From: Verrucomicrobiota bacterium
GTDB lineage: Bacteria > Verrucomicrobiota > Verrucomicrobiia > Opitutales > Opitutaceae
Reading direction: 5' to 3'
Length of the DNA stretch: 64,000 nucleotides
Assembly (NCBI GenBank): GCA_963205455.1
Contig: CAUJJL010000128.1
Span: 14,685 to 78,684 of the forward strand
This document shows, piece after piece, positions 1 through 10,368 of this stretch; the first letter of the stretch is position 1; every line of letters begins with the position of its first letter. Both the position numbers and the translations under genes were made by a program. A model generated the notes under the pieces. That model did not search any database. It was not told the origin of the DNA and worked only from the letters and a program-made list of their open reading frames with translations.

Positions 1-2292
1 CGACACCTCAGGGTCGGTTGGATCGCGCTGAAAGATTGCCAGGTAGAGCGCGCGGACTCGCGACGCATCCGAGGCCAGATCGGAAAATGACGGTTGATGA
101 GTAAGCTTGCGCGCCGTTTCAATGACCAGCGGGCTGTTCATGAGAAACAACGCCTGTTGCGGCACGGTGGTGTTGAATCGCCTGCCGGACGGCGTGTCCG
201 GATTGGGATAATCAAACTGGGTGAGCAGTTCGGGTGGATTGCGACGATCAATGTAGAAATAGATCGCGCGTCGATGGCCAAAGCCATCGCTCGAGGGAAT
301 CACCGGTTTCCCTCCGAGTTGGGGATCCATCGTTCCGGCAATCGAGAGCAGGGAGTCATACATCTGCTCGAAGTCGAGCTTGCGCAGATTCGAACGCCAC
401 AGGAGATGGTTATCAGGATCCGCAGCCATGCCCGCGTTGTTGGCCAGGCTTTGCTGCTGGTAAGTGCTGCTCAGCACGATCGTGCGGTGGAGTTTCTTGA
501 TCGAGCCGCCGCCCTCGAGGAATGTGGCCGCCAGCCAATCAAGCAGCTCGGGATGAGTGGGTATGCCACCCATGTTTCCCATATCGTCCGGAGTCGCGAT
601 CAGCCCGACGCCGAAATGCTGCTGCCAGATCCGGTTGACGAGCACACGGGCAGCGATCGGATTCTTGGGATCGGCAATAGCCTTCGCGAGCTCCAATCGA
701 CCGGAGCCCGTGCGCCAGACTTCACGTTTTCTTGGATCGGGAGAAAGGATTTCTAGAAACCGGCGCGGCACGCTGGCGCCCGTGTTTTCCGGCTCGCCGC
801 GAACGAGGGTGTGATAGTCCTTGGGCTTGGCGACATCCAGGAGGACGTGGGCCCGGGCCGGTGCACCCGGGTGGGTGGATTCCAGCGTCGCAATTTCTCG
901 CTGGAGTGCGCCATCGGCGCGAACCAGCTCGCGCCGCCTCTGCGGATTGCGCTCGCGGTTGCGTCGCATTTCCACCACCTGCGCCTGCAGTTCGATGCCG
1001 CGCTTCTTCAATGCCTCGGCCTTTGCCATGTAGTCGGCCAGCTCGGGCGTTTTCCTGATCATCGTCTGCAGCGTGGGCTCCTGGAAGACGGAGTTGGGTT
1101 CCTGCGTGTTGGCGAAGACTCCGTAGAGGGAATAATAGTCGGCCGTGGGAATCGGATCAAACTTGTGATCGTGACAGCGCGCGCAGGAGACCGTCAGGCC
1201 CAGGAAGGCCTTTGAAGTGACATCGATGCGATCGTCGATGATGTCGTTCCTGCGTCCGTTGTGCTGGTTGCCAAGGGTGAGGAAACCGAGTGCGGCGAGC
1301 GCGCTCTGGTCCTGAGGTGGAGCCTGCTTTTTTGCCTTGGCCTGGGCGACCGTGTTCTTGAGCACGATGTCCGCCGCAAGCTGCTCGGTCACGAATTGGG
1401 CATAGGGTTTGTCTGCGTTGAAGGAAGCGATGAGATAGTCCCGGTACGTCCAGGCGTAGGGATACCGCGCGTCATCCCTGCGTGGCGGATCGCCCTTGGT
1501 GTCGGAATAGCGTGCCACATCCATCCAGTAGCGCGCCCAGCGCTCACCATAGTGCGGGGAAGCCAGCAGGCGATCGACCACCTTGGCGAAGGCGTCGGGT
1601 GAATTGTCCTTCAGAAAATCCTGGATCTCCGCCTCGGTCGGCGGCAGGCCGACCAGATCAAAGGAAACGCGACGGATCAGGGTGCGTTTGTCGGCAATCG
1701 AATTCGGCTTCAGGCCGACTTCTGTCAAGCGACGATAGACAAAGGCGTCGACGGGGGATTGTATCCATGAATTGGATTCAACCGCGGGCACGTCCGGCTT
1801 CTTCAGGGGTTGGAACGCCCAGTGATTCCTGCCGACTCCTCCGTAGCGTGATCCCCCCGCTGCCGGGATGCGCGGATCCGGCGCACCGCGTTTAACCCAT
1901 TCCTCAAGATCCGCGATCTGTGCATCGGTGAGTTTGCCTCCCTGCGATTTCGGAGGCATGCGCAGATCCTCGTCCTCTCCCGTGTAGCGAATGGCTTGGA
2001 TGAGCAGGCTGTCGTCAGGTTTTCCTGCCACAATTACGGGGCCCGAGTTGCCTCCCTCAAGCACAGCGGCGCGGCTATCGAGCAGAAGCCCGCCTCGGAT
2101 CTTGTCGGAGGAATGACTGTGACACTTGAAACACTTGTCAGTCAGAATGGGTCGGATCCTGGCTTCAAAGAACGCGGAATCCGCTGCGGAGATCGCGGGA
2201 GCAGGAGACGCGGCGCCGTGGACGTGGACCGGTAAAATCAAGAGGCTGCCGCCGACAATCCACGCGAATTTCGCCGAGAGACGAGAGGTCAT
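1..2292 (-). CDS. PSCyt1 (Planctomycete cytochrome C) / DUF1549 / DUF1553-type protein; 3' end runs off the window
   Basis: Not in the ORF track because there is no stop in the window. My translation from the ATG (complement of 2290-2292) gives MTSRLSAKFAWIVGGSLLILPVHVHGAAS (signal peptide), then FFEARIRPILTDKCFKCHS (CxxCH) and LRMPPKSQGGKLTDAQIADLEEWVKRGAP. The frame is still open at nt 1 (..RALYLAIFQRDPTDPEVS). No in-frame minus ORF is listed, which fits one uninterrupted frame. I did not translate the middle part. Confidence 0.8.
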   Translation of the reverse strand, partial: MTSRLSAKFAWIVGGSLLILPVHVHGAASPAPAISAADSAFFEARIRPILTDKCFKCHSHSSDKIRGGLLLDSRAAVLEGGNSGPVIVAGKPDDSLLIQAIRYTGEDEDLRMPPKSQGGKLTDAQIADLEEWVKRGAPDPRIPAAGGSRYGGVGRNHWAFQPLKKPDVPAVESNSWIQSPVDAFVYRRLTEVGLKPNSIADKRTLIRRVSFDLVGLPPTEAEIQDFLKDNSPDAFAKVVDRLLASPHYGERWARYWMDVARYSDTKGDPPRRDDARYPYAWTYRDYLIASFNADKPYAQFVTEQLAADIVLKNTVAQAKAKKQAPPQDQSALAALGFLTLGNQHNGRRNDIIDDRIDVTSKAFLGLTVSCARCHDHKFDPIPTADYYSLYGVFANTQEPNSVFQEPTLQTMIRKTPELADYMAKAEALKKRGIELQAQVVEMRRNRERNPQRRRELVRADGALQREIATLESTHPGAPARAHVLLDVAKPKDYHTLVRGEPENTGASVPRRFLEILSPDPRKREVWRTGSGRLELAKAIADPKNPIAARVLVNRIWQQHFGVGLIATPDDMGNMGGIPTHPELLDWLAATFLEGGGSIKKLHRTIVLSSTYQQQSLANNAGMAADPDNHLLWRSNLRKLDFEQMYDSLLSIAGTMDPQLGGKPVIPSSDGFGHRRAIYFYIDRRNPPELLTQFDYPNPDTPSGRRFNTTVPQQALFLMNSPLVIETARKLTHQPSFSDLASDASRVRALYLAIFQRDPTDPEVS

Positions 2293-2324
2293 TGAAGGCA
2301 TGTGGGATGGGGTACTGGACAGGT

Positions 2325-3779
2325 TCAGGCGAGGATCCCTTTGACGACGTTTCCGGCGACGTCCGTGAGACGGAAGTCGCGTCCATTGTAGCGGTAAGTC
2401 AGCCGGGTATGATCAAAGCCCAGGCAATGAAGAATGGTAGCATGAAGGTCATGCACATGGACCTTGTCGTTGATCGCGGCGGCACCGAAGTCATCGGTGA
2501 TTCCGTGGACGATGCCGCCCTTCACGCCGCCGCCGGCCATGACGATGCTGAACGCCTTTGCGTTGTGATCCCGGCCTGGGTTTTCGCCACCATTGCGGTC
2601 GCGCGTCGGCTTGCGTCCGAATTCGCCGCCCCAGATCACGAGGGTAGAATCCAGAAGTCCGCGACGTTTCAGATCGGCGATGAGCGCGGATAGGGGCTGA
2701 TCGATTTCCCCTGCCTTTTGCGTGATGCGCTCCTCGAGATCCTGATGGTGGTCCCAGCCGTCATGCCAGACCTGCACGAAGCGCACACCGCGCTCGACCA
2801 GGCGTCGCGCAATCAGGAGCTGTTTTCCCTGTTGTGTGTTTCCATACGCCGCGCGCACGTCGGCGGGCTCCTTCGCGATGTCAAACACATCAGTCGCCTC
2901 CGTCTGCATGCGAAAGGCAATCTCGTAGGTCTCCAATCTCGATTCCAGTGCCGCCTCGCTGGCGAGGGTCCTGGAATGAATATCGTTGAGCTGGTGAACG
3001 AAGTCCAGTTGCCGCCGCTGCTCGGATTTCGAAAGGTAGGCGTTGCGGATGTTTTGAATCATCTGCTGAACGGTCTGCGCAGTGGTATTGACACTGGTGC
3101 CCTGAAAAACGCCTGGCAGAAATGCGGAGCCGTAGGTTGTGGCGCCGCCCACGGGGATGCGACTCCCGCGCAGGGAAATAAAACCGGGGAGGTTCTGATT
3201 CTCGGTTCCAAGTCCATAAACGACCCAGGAGCCCAGGCTGGGTTTGGTGATGCGCACCGAGCCCGTGTTCATGAAAACCGTCGCCACATCGTGCGCAGGT
3301 ATGTCGGTGTACATCGAACGCACGACAGCCAGATCGTCGGCGTGCTGTGCCGTCTTCGCAAACAGATCACTGACCTCCGTGCCGCACTTGCCATACCGGT
3401 GGAATGCGAACGGAGAGGCCATGGCGACGCCTCCATCGGTACCGATTGAACGGCCATCCCGCTTGTTCAGCTCGACCTTAGGATCCCACGTGTCGACATG
3501 GGAGGGAGCCCCCTGAGCAAAAATGTGGATGACTGCCTTCGCCTTTCCCGGAAAATGCGGAGTCTTGGGAAGAAGCGGCCCACCCGTGGTGCCGATTGGC
3601 AGCGGGGCGGCAGACATCGCCAAAGGATCCAGAATAGTGGCCAGACTCAGGGCACCCATTCCCATCCCCATGCGACTCAGGAACTGGCGGCGAGTCAGGA
3701 GGTAGTCTTCAAGCCGGGTGGAGACCCCGGCGCATGAAACGTGAGAATGGTCGTATTCCGGGCGAGTATTTCGGGGCAT
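2325..3779 (-). CDS. DUF1501 domain-containing protein (sulfatase-fold, Tat-exported)
   Basis: 484-aa ORF. Twin-arginine signal TRRQFLSRMGMGMGALSLA. Family-typical blocks HIFAQGAPSHVDTWDPK and VIWGGEFGRKPTRD..GRDHN. Same strand as, and 33 nt from, the PSCyt/DUF1553 gene. Confidence 0.9.
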   Translation of the reverse strand: MPRNTRPEYDHSHVSCAGVSTRLEDYLLTRRQFLSRMGMGMGALSLATILDPLAMSAAPLPIGTTGGPLLPKTPHFPGKAKAVIHIFAQGAPSHVDTWDPKVELNKRDGRSIGTDGGVAMASPFAFHRYGKCGTEVSDLFAKTAQHADDLAVVRSMYTDIPAHDVATVFMNTGSVRITKPSLGSWVVYGLGTENQNLPGFISLRGSRIPVGGATTYGSAFLPGVFQGTSVNTTAQTVQQMIQNIRNAYLSKSEQRRQLDFVHQLNDIHSRTLASEAALESRLETYEIAFRMQTEATDVFDIAKEPADVRAAYGNTQQGKQLLIARRLVERGVRFVQVWHDGWDHHQDLEERITQKAGEIDQPLSALIADLKRRGLLDSTLVIWGGEFGRKPTRDRNGGENPGRDHNAKAFSIVMAGGGVKGGIVHGITDDFGAAAINDKVHVHDLHATILHCLGFDHTRLTYRYNGRDFRLTDVAGNVVKGILA

Positions 3780-4011
3780 GGTCAGCGAGAGGGTTCGACT
3801 GGCACTATGAGACGCATGAAATCACGCGGAGTTTCGCACCTTAAAGGGAGACGGGGATCGGGCGGTGCAGAAGATGGCTGTCCTTTGCCGCGAGGGCAAG
3901 ACTGACTGCCTCGCGCCTTTGCCTGGCCACTGTGCCTGATTGGGCGGGATTTGAGCGATGCAGGATCAGGACGTCGTTTTCAAACAGCGACTACCTGCAA
4001 CATGGAGGATG

Positions 4012-4030
4012 TAATGCATCAATAATGCAT
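4012..4030 (+). promoter_or_regulatory. Tandem TAATGCAT-caa-TAATGCAT (11-bp register) overlapping the start codon of the small RHH-like ORF; candidate operator
   Basis: Two exact 8-mers at 4012-4019 and 4023-4030. Each contains the self-complementary ATGCAT. The ATG at 4029 lies in the second copy. Confidence 0.3.
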
Positions 4031-4226
4031 GCCGAAGATCTTCAATGCTCGCCTCGGGGAATCGGATCTGAAGAAATTCGCCCGCAAGGCAAAACGCCAG
4101 GGCCTTTCTCAGACGGTTTTGCTGCGCGAGTGGATCCGTTCGCCGGAGATCCCCACCGCTGACGATGCTGCCAGGTGGGAGCGACGCAATGAAGGTAACA
4201 CGCGCCTGCGCATAGCCCGTGGCTGA
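4029..4226 (+). CDS. Small hypothetical protein, possibly ribbon-helix-helix (CopG-like)
   Basis: 65-aa ORF. The pattern is a short strand (KIFNARLGESD) followed by two helices (LKKFARKAKRQGLS / QTVLLREWI). No partner toxin is evident. Confidence 0.3.
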   Translation: MPKIFNARLGESDLKKFARKAKRQGLSQTVLLREWIRSPEIPTADDAARWERRNEGNTRLRIARG

Positions 4227-4287
4227 CGACGCGTGTCCGCTCGAAGCCCAGAGAAAACCTTGTGCGGGTGCGGAGATTGTTCGGAGA

Positions 4288-5265
4288 ATGGGGCGAATGC
4301 ATTGCCGCGTTTTCCTTGTGTTCGTACTGCTGTTCCTTCCGGGTTTCGCCCGGTGTTTCGCGGTCGAACCGACCGCGGCGGAAGCGAGGCTCGCTCCGGC
4401 TGCCTATTCTGGGCCGGTTTTCACCGGGGTGCTTTCGAATCCAGGGCTGGATGAGGCCAGTGGCCTCGCGGCGTCGAGGCGGGCTCGGAATCTGCTGTGG
4501 TCACACAATGACAGCGATGCCGGGCCTGTGCTCTATGCCTTGGGTTTCGACGGAAGGCATCGTGGCAGTGTGCGCGTGCGTGGCGCGAGGAATGTGGATT
4601 GGGAGGCGGTTCGGTCGTATACAATGGACGGTCGAGCCTGGCTGTTGATCGGCGATGTCGGATTCAACGATGGTAAACGAACGCGTTTTTCCATCATCGT
4701 CGTGCCCGAACCGGATCCGGCAAGCCTGTCGCCGGATCGTGAGACCACCGTGGACATCGCGTGGTCCTACACGTTTGAATATGCGGATCGCACGGCTCGC
4801 GATTGTGAAAGCGTGGCTGTGGATGTTGGGGAAGGTTTGATCTACCTGCTGGAAAAGCGCGATTATCCCTGCGGCCTCTACACGCTGCCGCTCCGCCCTC
4901 GGGACAGTGCCGTGCAGCTCGCCGCCCTCGTCTGCACCGTCGATACGCTGCCGCAGCCGGATTTGGAACTGGCCCGGACCAAATCGGTAAAGGCGAGCTG
5001 GCGGGCGAATCCCACCGACATGGATTTTGCCGCAGATGGATCCGCGGCCGTGGTGGCGACCTACGCCAATGCCTACCTGTTTCACCGCATGCCCGGGGAA
5101 TCCTGGTCGGAAGCGCTGACCCGCCCGCCGGAACGCCTCCCCACGTTTCATCTGGAGACCGCCGAGATCGAGGGGATCTGTTTCACCGGGGACAATCGCA
5201 CGATTTTCATGACAGGAGAGAAGCCGCCGGCGCCGCTCCTGCGTTATGATGCCATGTCCCGGTGA
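4288..5265 (+). CDS. Hypothetical secreted protein (possible beta-propeller)
   Basis: ORF 4219-5265. An internal ATG at 4288/4297 precedes a hydrophobic signal (MHCRVFLVFVLLFLPGFARCFA). Contains DEASGLA..LLWSHNDS. No family assigned with confidence. Confidence 0.55.
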   Translation: MGRMHCRVFLVFVLLFLPGFARCFAVEPTAAEARLAPAAYSGPVFTGVLSNPGLDEASGLAASRRARNLLWSHNDSDAGPVLYALGFDGRHRGSVRVRGARNVDWEAVRSYTMDGRAWLLIGDVGFNDGKRTRFSIIVVPEPDPASLSPDRETTVDIAWSYTFEYADRTARDCESVAVDVGEGLIYLLEKRDYPCGLYTLPLRPRDSAVQLAALVCTVDTLPQPDLELARTKSVKASWRANPTDMDFAADGSAAVVATYANAYLFHRMPGESWSEALTRPPERLPTFHLETAEIEGICFTGDNRTIFMTGEKPPAPLLRYDAMSR

Positions 5266-5551
5266 GCCACACGAATGGAACTGCCGTGTAGTTGCGAAAT
5301 TTGCCTCGCTGGGGGACGGCTCCAACAATTTTTCGGACGATCCGAATTTATATCTATAATTTTTCTTGGAACCTACGGAGCCGGTCCTACGGTGACGCCG
5401 CCTATTTGTCCCCTTTATCCCCAACCCCTCACTCCGGTGCTCGTTTCCAGTCGAAACAATACCTTTTGGCGCCCATGGAGCCCTGTCTGACTCCCTTGGG
5501 ATCCTGATCCCGAATAGCGCAGCGATTTCCCGTACCTCCTCCAAACAAACC

Positions 5552-8500
5552 ATGAACGACCTGAATAACCCAAAAACCGACGGACGTTGCACGAAACTCC
5601 GACAGACCAAGATCTCACTGCCTGCTGCAATCATCGCGTTGTTTCTGACGTGCATGCTTGCACTGCCCAACGCTATCTGGGCCCAGGCTGGCACGGGCTC
5701 GATCGAAGGCCGGGTGCGCAACATCGGCAATGACCGCTACCTCAACAATGCCCGGATTGTCATCGAGGGGACATCCCGCGAGACCTTCACGAATGAATTT
5801 GGCGAATATCGGTTCGACAATGTTCCTGCTGGAGAAGTCCGAGTTCGCGCGAACTACACGGGTCTCGATGCCGAAGCGACGGCCGTGACCGTTCCTGCTG
5901 GCGGCAGTGTGCGACATGATTTCAATCTTACCAGCCGTGCGCGTTATGGTGACGAAAAGGTGATCGCGCTGGACCAGTTCGTTGTCCAGAGCAACCGCGA
6001 GTACGAGGGAAATGCGCTTGCGATCAATGAGCAGCGCTATGCCCCGAACATCAAGGTCGTGGTTGCCGCGGATGCCTTTGGCGACATCAGCGAGGGCAAC
6101 CCGGGGGAATTTCTCAAATACCTGCCGGGCGTGACCGTCGACTACGTGGCTGCCGATGTGCGTACGGTGGCGGTTCGCGGCTTTCCCTCGAATTTCACCA
6201 CGGTCAGTTGGGACGGCATGCGCTTGACGAGTTCAGCATCGGGCTCGAACAACCGTATCTTCGAATTTGAACAGGTTTCGATCAACAACACGTCGCGCAC
6301 GGAGGTCGTCAAGGTTCCGACCCCCGACCTGCCTGCCGACTCACTCGGTGGCAGCATCAATTTCGTATCGAAGAACGCCTTTGAACGGCCGCGGGCGCAG
6401 TTCAATTTCCGCACGTACCTGAATCTGAACAGCGAGAATCTCGACCTCAAGAAAACGGCCGGACCTGGCAACAAGAAGACATTCAAGATCCTTCCGAATT
6501 TTGACTTTGATTACTCCGTTCCGATTTCAAAGACCTTCGGTCTGGTCATCACGGGCCTCTCATCGAATCAGCATGTCGAGCAGCACCGCTGGCAGCCCAC
6601 TTGGAATTATGCCCAGGGCGGCGGAGGAAGCTCCGGGGCTGGTACAGCCACCATTCCATCGGCTACGCCCGCGAATCCGTATCTCCAGCAGTGGCAGCTT
6701 CAGGACGGGCCGAAGACCACGAACCGCGCATCCATCGGCATCAAGGCGGACTGGAAAATCACGCCGAGGCAGACCCTGTCGGTCGCGGTGCAGGACAACT
6801 ATTACAAGGCCTTCTTCGGAAACCGTAACCTCAATTTCAACATGGGCACCCAGGGAAATTCGACACCCTCGGGGGGCACGTCCATTCAGTGGGGACCTGA
6901 TTTTGTGCAAAGTGCGCAGGGGCGCGGTACGGTCACCCAGGGAGGCTCTTTCCGTGACAAGCTTGGCAACACAGCGGCGTTCAATATCCGCTACAATTGG
7001 AATAGCGGGCCCTGGAATCTCGATGCGGGTGCAAACGCGGTGGTGTCCAAGACCTGGTACCGCGCGCTTGCCCGCGATCACTTCTCCAACGTCGGAACCT
7101 CGCTCAACAACGTCAACGTCGTGCGGGCCGAACAAATCAGCTTCCCTTCGCTGGTCTGGACTGCGCGCACGTCAACCGGCACGCCGATTGATCCCTATAC
7201 ACTCGATAATTTCCGACTCAGAACGGCGACCAATGACCCGGTCGACGGCAAAGCGAACATGAAGTCAGCCTATGCCGACTTGCAGAGGCACTTCGACGAA
7301 TGGTCAATTCCGGTCGGCGTGAAAGTCGGCGTTGCGGTGCGTGAAGAGGGGCGCGACAACCGACGCATCAACGAGTCCTACACGTTTGTTGGCGCGGATG
7401 GCATTGCCAACACCGCCGACGACGCAGCGGCTCCCTTCCTTGATGCGACGTATTCATCCTCCCAGGGGCCGGGCTTCGGGTATCCCAAAATCCAATGGGT
7501 CGATCCCTACAAGCTGGCGGAGATGTACCGTTCCAACCCGAGTTATTTCACGCTCAACACCGTCACCGCCGAAACCAATCGCATCAACAACTCGGAGAAG
7601 ATCGATGAGCGCATCACCTCCGCCTATGTGCAGTTCGATGCGAAGCTGATGGACAACCGCCTGCGGCTGGTTGGAGGCGTGCGCTTTGAAAAGACCGAGG
7701 ACAAGGGCGAAGGTGTGCTCTCCAATCCTGACGCTGTCTGGCAACGCGATGCCAGCGGAAACTACATTGACGGCAATCTGACAACCCCCGGCATTCAGCG
7801 CGTGCGCCGCGCGGACGCGGGCGCAGCGGGCTCGATGGAGGAACTTCGACTGACGATGCAGGAACGCGCCTATAAGGCCCGGCGCGAGTACGATGGATAT
7901 TATCCCAGTCTGCACATCACCTACGACATCACGCAACGCTTCCTCGTGCGTTTTGCCTACGCAAAGACGATTGGACGCCCGGACTATGCGAACATCATAC
8001 CGAGGACAGATGTCAACGAGGACGACACCGACCCAGAGGCCGCGGGCTTGATCACCATTCGCAACACGGCACTCCGTCCCTGGGAAGCCGACAACTGGGA
8101 CCTTTCGCTTGAGTACTACGGTGACAAGGGAACCGTGTACTCGGTTGGTGGGTTTCAAAAGGACATAACGGATTTCTGGACCGCCACAGCGGCGGGCGCG
8201 ATCGTCACGCCTGAACTGGCCGCTCAGCTCGGACTCGAGGATCGTTATGTCGGATGGGGAGTAAGCACTCTCACAAACAGCGGTGACGCCAAGATCTCAG
8301 GAGCAGAATTCAACCTGATCCAGCCGCTCACATTCCTGCCTGGCATCGGAAGGTACTTCACGATCAAGGCCAACGGCACGCTCCTCCACCTCACCGGCGA
8401 CAACACGCCGGATTTCCGCGCCTTCATCTCGAAGGCCGGCAATTTCAGTGTCAGCTTCAACAAGAGTCCGTGGGTCTTCAACGTGAACTTCAATTACCGG

Positions 8501-8788
8501 GGTCGCCAAAAGGGCACGTCGATCACTGCACCCGCCGCCCAACTTGGTGCGCAGTACGGAGGAGCTGCCGGAGGCTTCTTCGAATACTACCAGCCGCGCT
8601 ACAACATCGACCTCAGCGGCGAGTACAAATTCAGCAAGAATTTCAGCATCTTCGCGAGCGCCCGCACCATCCTCAACAAGGAGCAGGTCATCCAGCGCTA
8701 CAGCGAAGTCTCGGCCGCATATGCCAGCGGTTACCGCTTGGAAGAGTTCGGAGTGAATTACAGCATTGGTGTCAAAGGACGCTTCTGA
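5552..8788 (+). CDS. TonB-dependent receptor with N-terminal carboxypeptidase-regulatory-like domain
   Basis: 1078 aa. Signal peptide, then GSIEGRVRN..ARIVIEG..TNEFGEYRFDNVPAGEVRV (CarboxypepD_reg). A plug region and a long beta-barrel follow. C-terminal aromatic residue (..GVKGRF). Confidence 0.9.
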   Translation: MNDLNNPKTDGRCTKLRQTKISLPAAIIALFLTCMLALPNAIWAQAGTGSIEGRVRNIGNDRYLNNARIVIEGTSRETFTNEFGEYRFDNVPAGEVRVRANYTGLDAEATAVTVPAGGSVRHDFNLTSRARYGDEKVIALDQFVVQSNREYEGNALAINEQRYAPNIKVVVAADAFGDISEGNPGEFLKYLPGVTVDYVAADVRTVAVRGFPSNFTTVSWDGMRLTSSASGSNNRIFEFEQVSINNTSRTEVVKVPTPDLPADSLGGSINFVSKNAFERPRAQFNFRTYLNLNSENLDLKKTAGPGNKKTFKILPNFDFDYSVPISKTFGLVITGLSSNQHVEQHRWQPTWNYAQGGGGSSGAGTATIPSATPANPYLQQWQLQDGPKTTNRASIGIKADWKITPRQTLSVAVQDNYYKAFFGNRNLNFNMGTQGNSTPSGGTSIQWGPDFVQSAQGRGTVTQGGSFRDKLGNTAAFNIRYNWNSGPWNLDAGANAVVSKTWYRALARDHFSNVGTSLNNVNVVRAEQISFPSLVWTARTSTGTPIDPYTLDNFRLRTATNDPVDGKANMKSAYADLQRHFDEWSIPVGVKVGVAVREEGRDNRRINESYTFVGADGIANTADDAAAPFLDATYSSSQGPGFGYPKIQWVDPYKLAEMYRSNPSYFTLNTVTAETNRINNSEKIDERITSAYVQFDAKLMDNRLRLVGGVRFEKTEDKGEGVLSNPDAVWQRDASGNYIDGNLTTPGIQRVRRADAGAAGSMEELRLTMQERAYKARREYDGYYPSLHITYDITQRFLVRFAYAKTIGRPDYANIIPRTDVNEDDTDPEAAGLITIRNTALRPWEADNWDLSLEYYGDKGTVYSVGGFQKDITDFWTATAAGAIVTPELAAQLGLEDRYVGWGVSTLTNSGDAKISGAEFNLIQPLTFLPGIGRYFTIKANGTLLHLTGDNTPDFRAFISKAGNFSVSFNKSPWVFNVNFNYRGRQKGTSITAPAAQLGAQYGGAAGGFFEYYQPRYNIDLSGEYKFSKNFSIFASARTILNKEQVIQRYSEVSAAYASGYRLEEFGVNYSIGVKGRF

Positions 8789-8964
8789 TTCAGTGAATCC
8801 ACCGGAGGGGCACGCTTCGTCGTGCCCTTCATGATCGAAAAGTAGCCGAAACTTCCAGCTTCCGTCTATCGCCGACCTGGAAGGTCCGCGCTACTTTGTA
8901 GCCTTTCTGGAACTCGGTCGTTTTCGTTTTCAAACTCTGACGGGGCAGGATAGAGAACCTCTCA

Positions 8965-10368
8965 ATGACCAAGCCCATTGCCCTTTCCCTGCTGATCGTT
9001 GCGGCGGCGGCCTTTCTATCCCGCATGACTGCCCAGCCCGTCAGTGGTTGGGAGGAATACGGACGCATTGCCGAGGCCATCGTGGCCCCCACGTTTCCTA
9101 ACCGGGACTTTCCTATAACCGAGTTTGGCGCGAATCCCCATGCCGACGCCACGGCTGCCATTCAGAAGGCGATCGAGGCGTGTCACCTCGCGGGCGGAGG
9201 ACGCGTCGTGATCCCCGACGGCACGTGGAGAACCGGTGCGCTTCGTCTGAAAAGCAACGTGAACCTGCATGTCTCCAAGGGTGCCACGCTTCTCTTCTCC
9301 TTCGACCTTTCGCAATACCCCATCGTCTACACCCGTTGGGAAGGCGTGGAGTGCATGAACTTCTCGCCGTTCATCTACGCGTTCGAGCAGGAAAACATCG
9401 CCGTCACGGGCGAGGGCACGATCGATGGCGGCGCAACCCTGGAAACGTGGTGGGGCTGGAATCGCAAGTCCGGGCGGCAGCCTCCGCTGCAACGGGCGGC
9501 GCGCGACAAACTCATCGAGATGGGAGAGGCAAACGTGCCCGTGGAGCAGCGTGTCTTTGGCCCCGGTCATTTTCTCAGGCCGAATTTTATCCAGCCGTAT
9601 CGCTGCCGGAACGTCCTGATCGAGGGTGTGACGATCCTGCGTTCACCAATGTGGGAGATTCATCCGGTGCTGTGCGAGAATGTGACCGTTCGCGGACTGA
9701 CGATTCGGTCCCACGGATCGAACAATGACGGCTGCGACCCGGAATCCTGCAGGAATGTGCTTATCGAGAAGTGTGTGTTCGACACGGGTGACGACTGCAT
9801 CGCGATCAAATCGGGCCGCAATGGTGACGGACGGCGCGTCGCTGTGCCGACGGAGAATGTCATTGTGCGAAACTGCGTCATGAAAGACGGACACGGAGGC
9901 GTCGTCCTCGGCAGCGAGTGCAGTGGCGGGATCCGCAATGTGTTTGTCGAGAACTGCGAAATGGACAGCCCGAATCTCGATCGCGCGCTTCGATTCAAGA
10001 ACAATGCCGTGCGCGGCGGCGTTCTCGAGAATGTCTTCATGCGCAACGTGAAGATCGGCAGGGTTGCCGAGGCGGTGCTCACCATCGATCTCCTCTATGA
10101 GGAGGGTGCCAAGGGGCCCTTCAAGCCTGTCGTGCGGAATGTCCATCTTGAGAAGGTCACCAGCACGCACAGCCCGCGTGTGATGTATATCCGCGGATTT
10201 GAGGGTGCGGTCATCGACGGCATCCATATCCGCGATTCAACGTTCACTGGCATCACCGAATCGGAAGTTGTCGATCACGCCGGTACTGTCACGCTGCACA
10301 AGGTCACCATTCTGCCAGCAAAGCCGGTCAAGGGAATCAAGTCCGTGCCGGCACCCGCCACGCCATGA
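8965..10368 (+). CDS. Glycoside hydrolase family 28 (polygalacturonase-type)
   Basis: 467 aa with a signal peptide. GH28 motif series SNNDGCDP, DTGDDCIAIKSG, DGHGGVVLGSE, ALRFKNN. The stop overlaps the next start (ATGA at 10365-10368). Confidence 0.9.
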   Translation: MTKPIALSLLIVAAAAFLSRMTAQPVSGWEEYGRIAEAIVAPTFPNRDFPITEFGANPHADATAAIQKAIEACHLAGGGRVVIPDGTWRTGALRLKSNVNLHVSKGATLLFSFDLSQYPIVYTRWEGVECMNFSPFIYAFEQENIAVTGEGTIDGGATLETWWGWNRKSGRQPPLQRAARDKLIEMGEANVPVEQRVFGPGHFLRPNFIQPYRCRNVLIEGVTILRSPMWEIHPVLCENVTVRGLTIRSHGSNNDGCDPESCRNVLIEKCVFDTGDDCIAIKSGRNGDGRRVAVPTENVIVRNCVMKDGHGGVVLGSECSGGIRNVFVENCEMDSPNLDRALRFKNNAVRGGVLENVFMRNVKIGRVAEAVLTIDLLYEEGAKGPFKPVVRNVHLEKVTSTHSPRVMYIRGFEGAVIDGIHIRDSTFTGITESEVVDHAGTVTLHKVTILPAKPVKGIKSVPAPATP

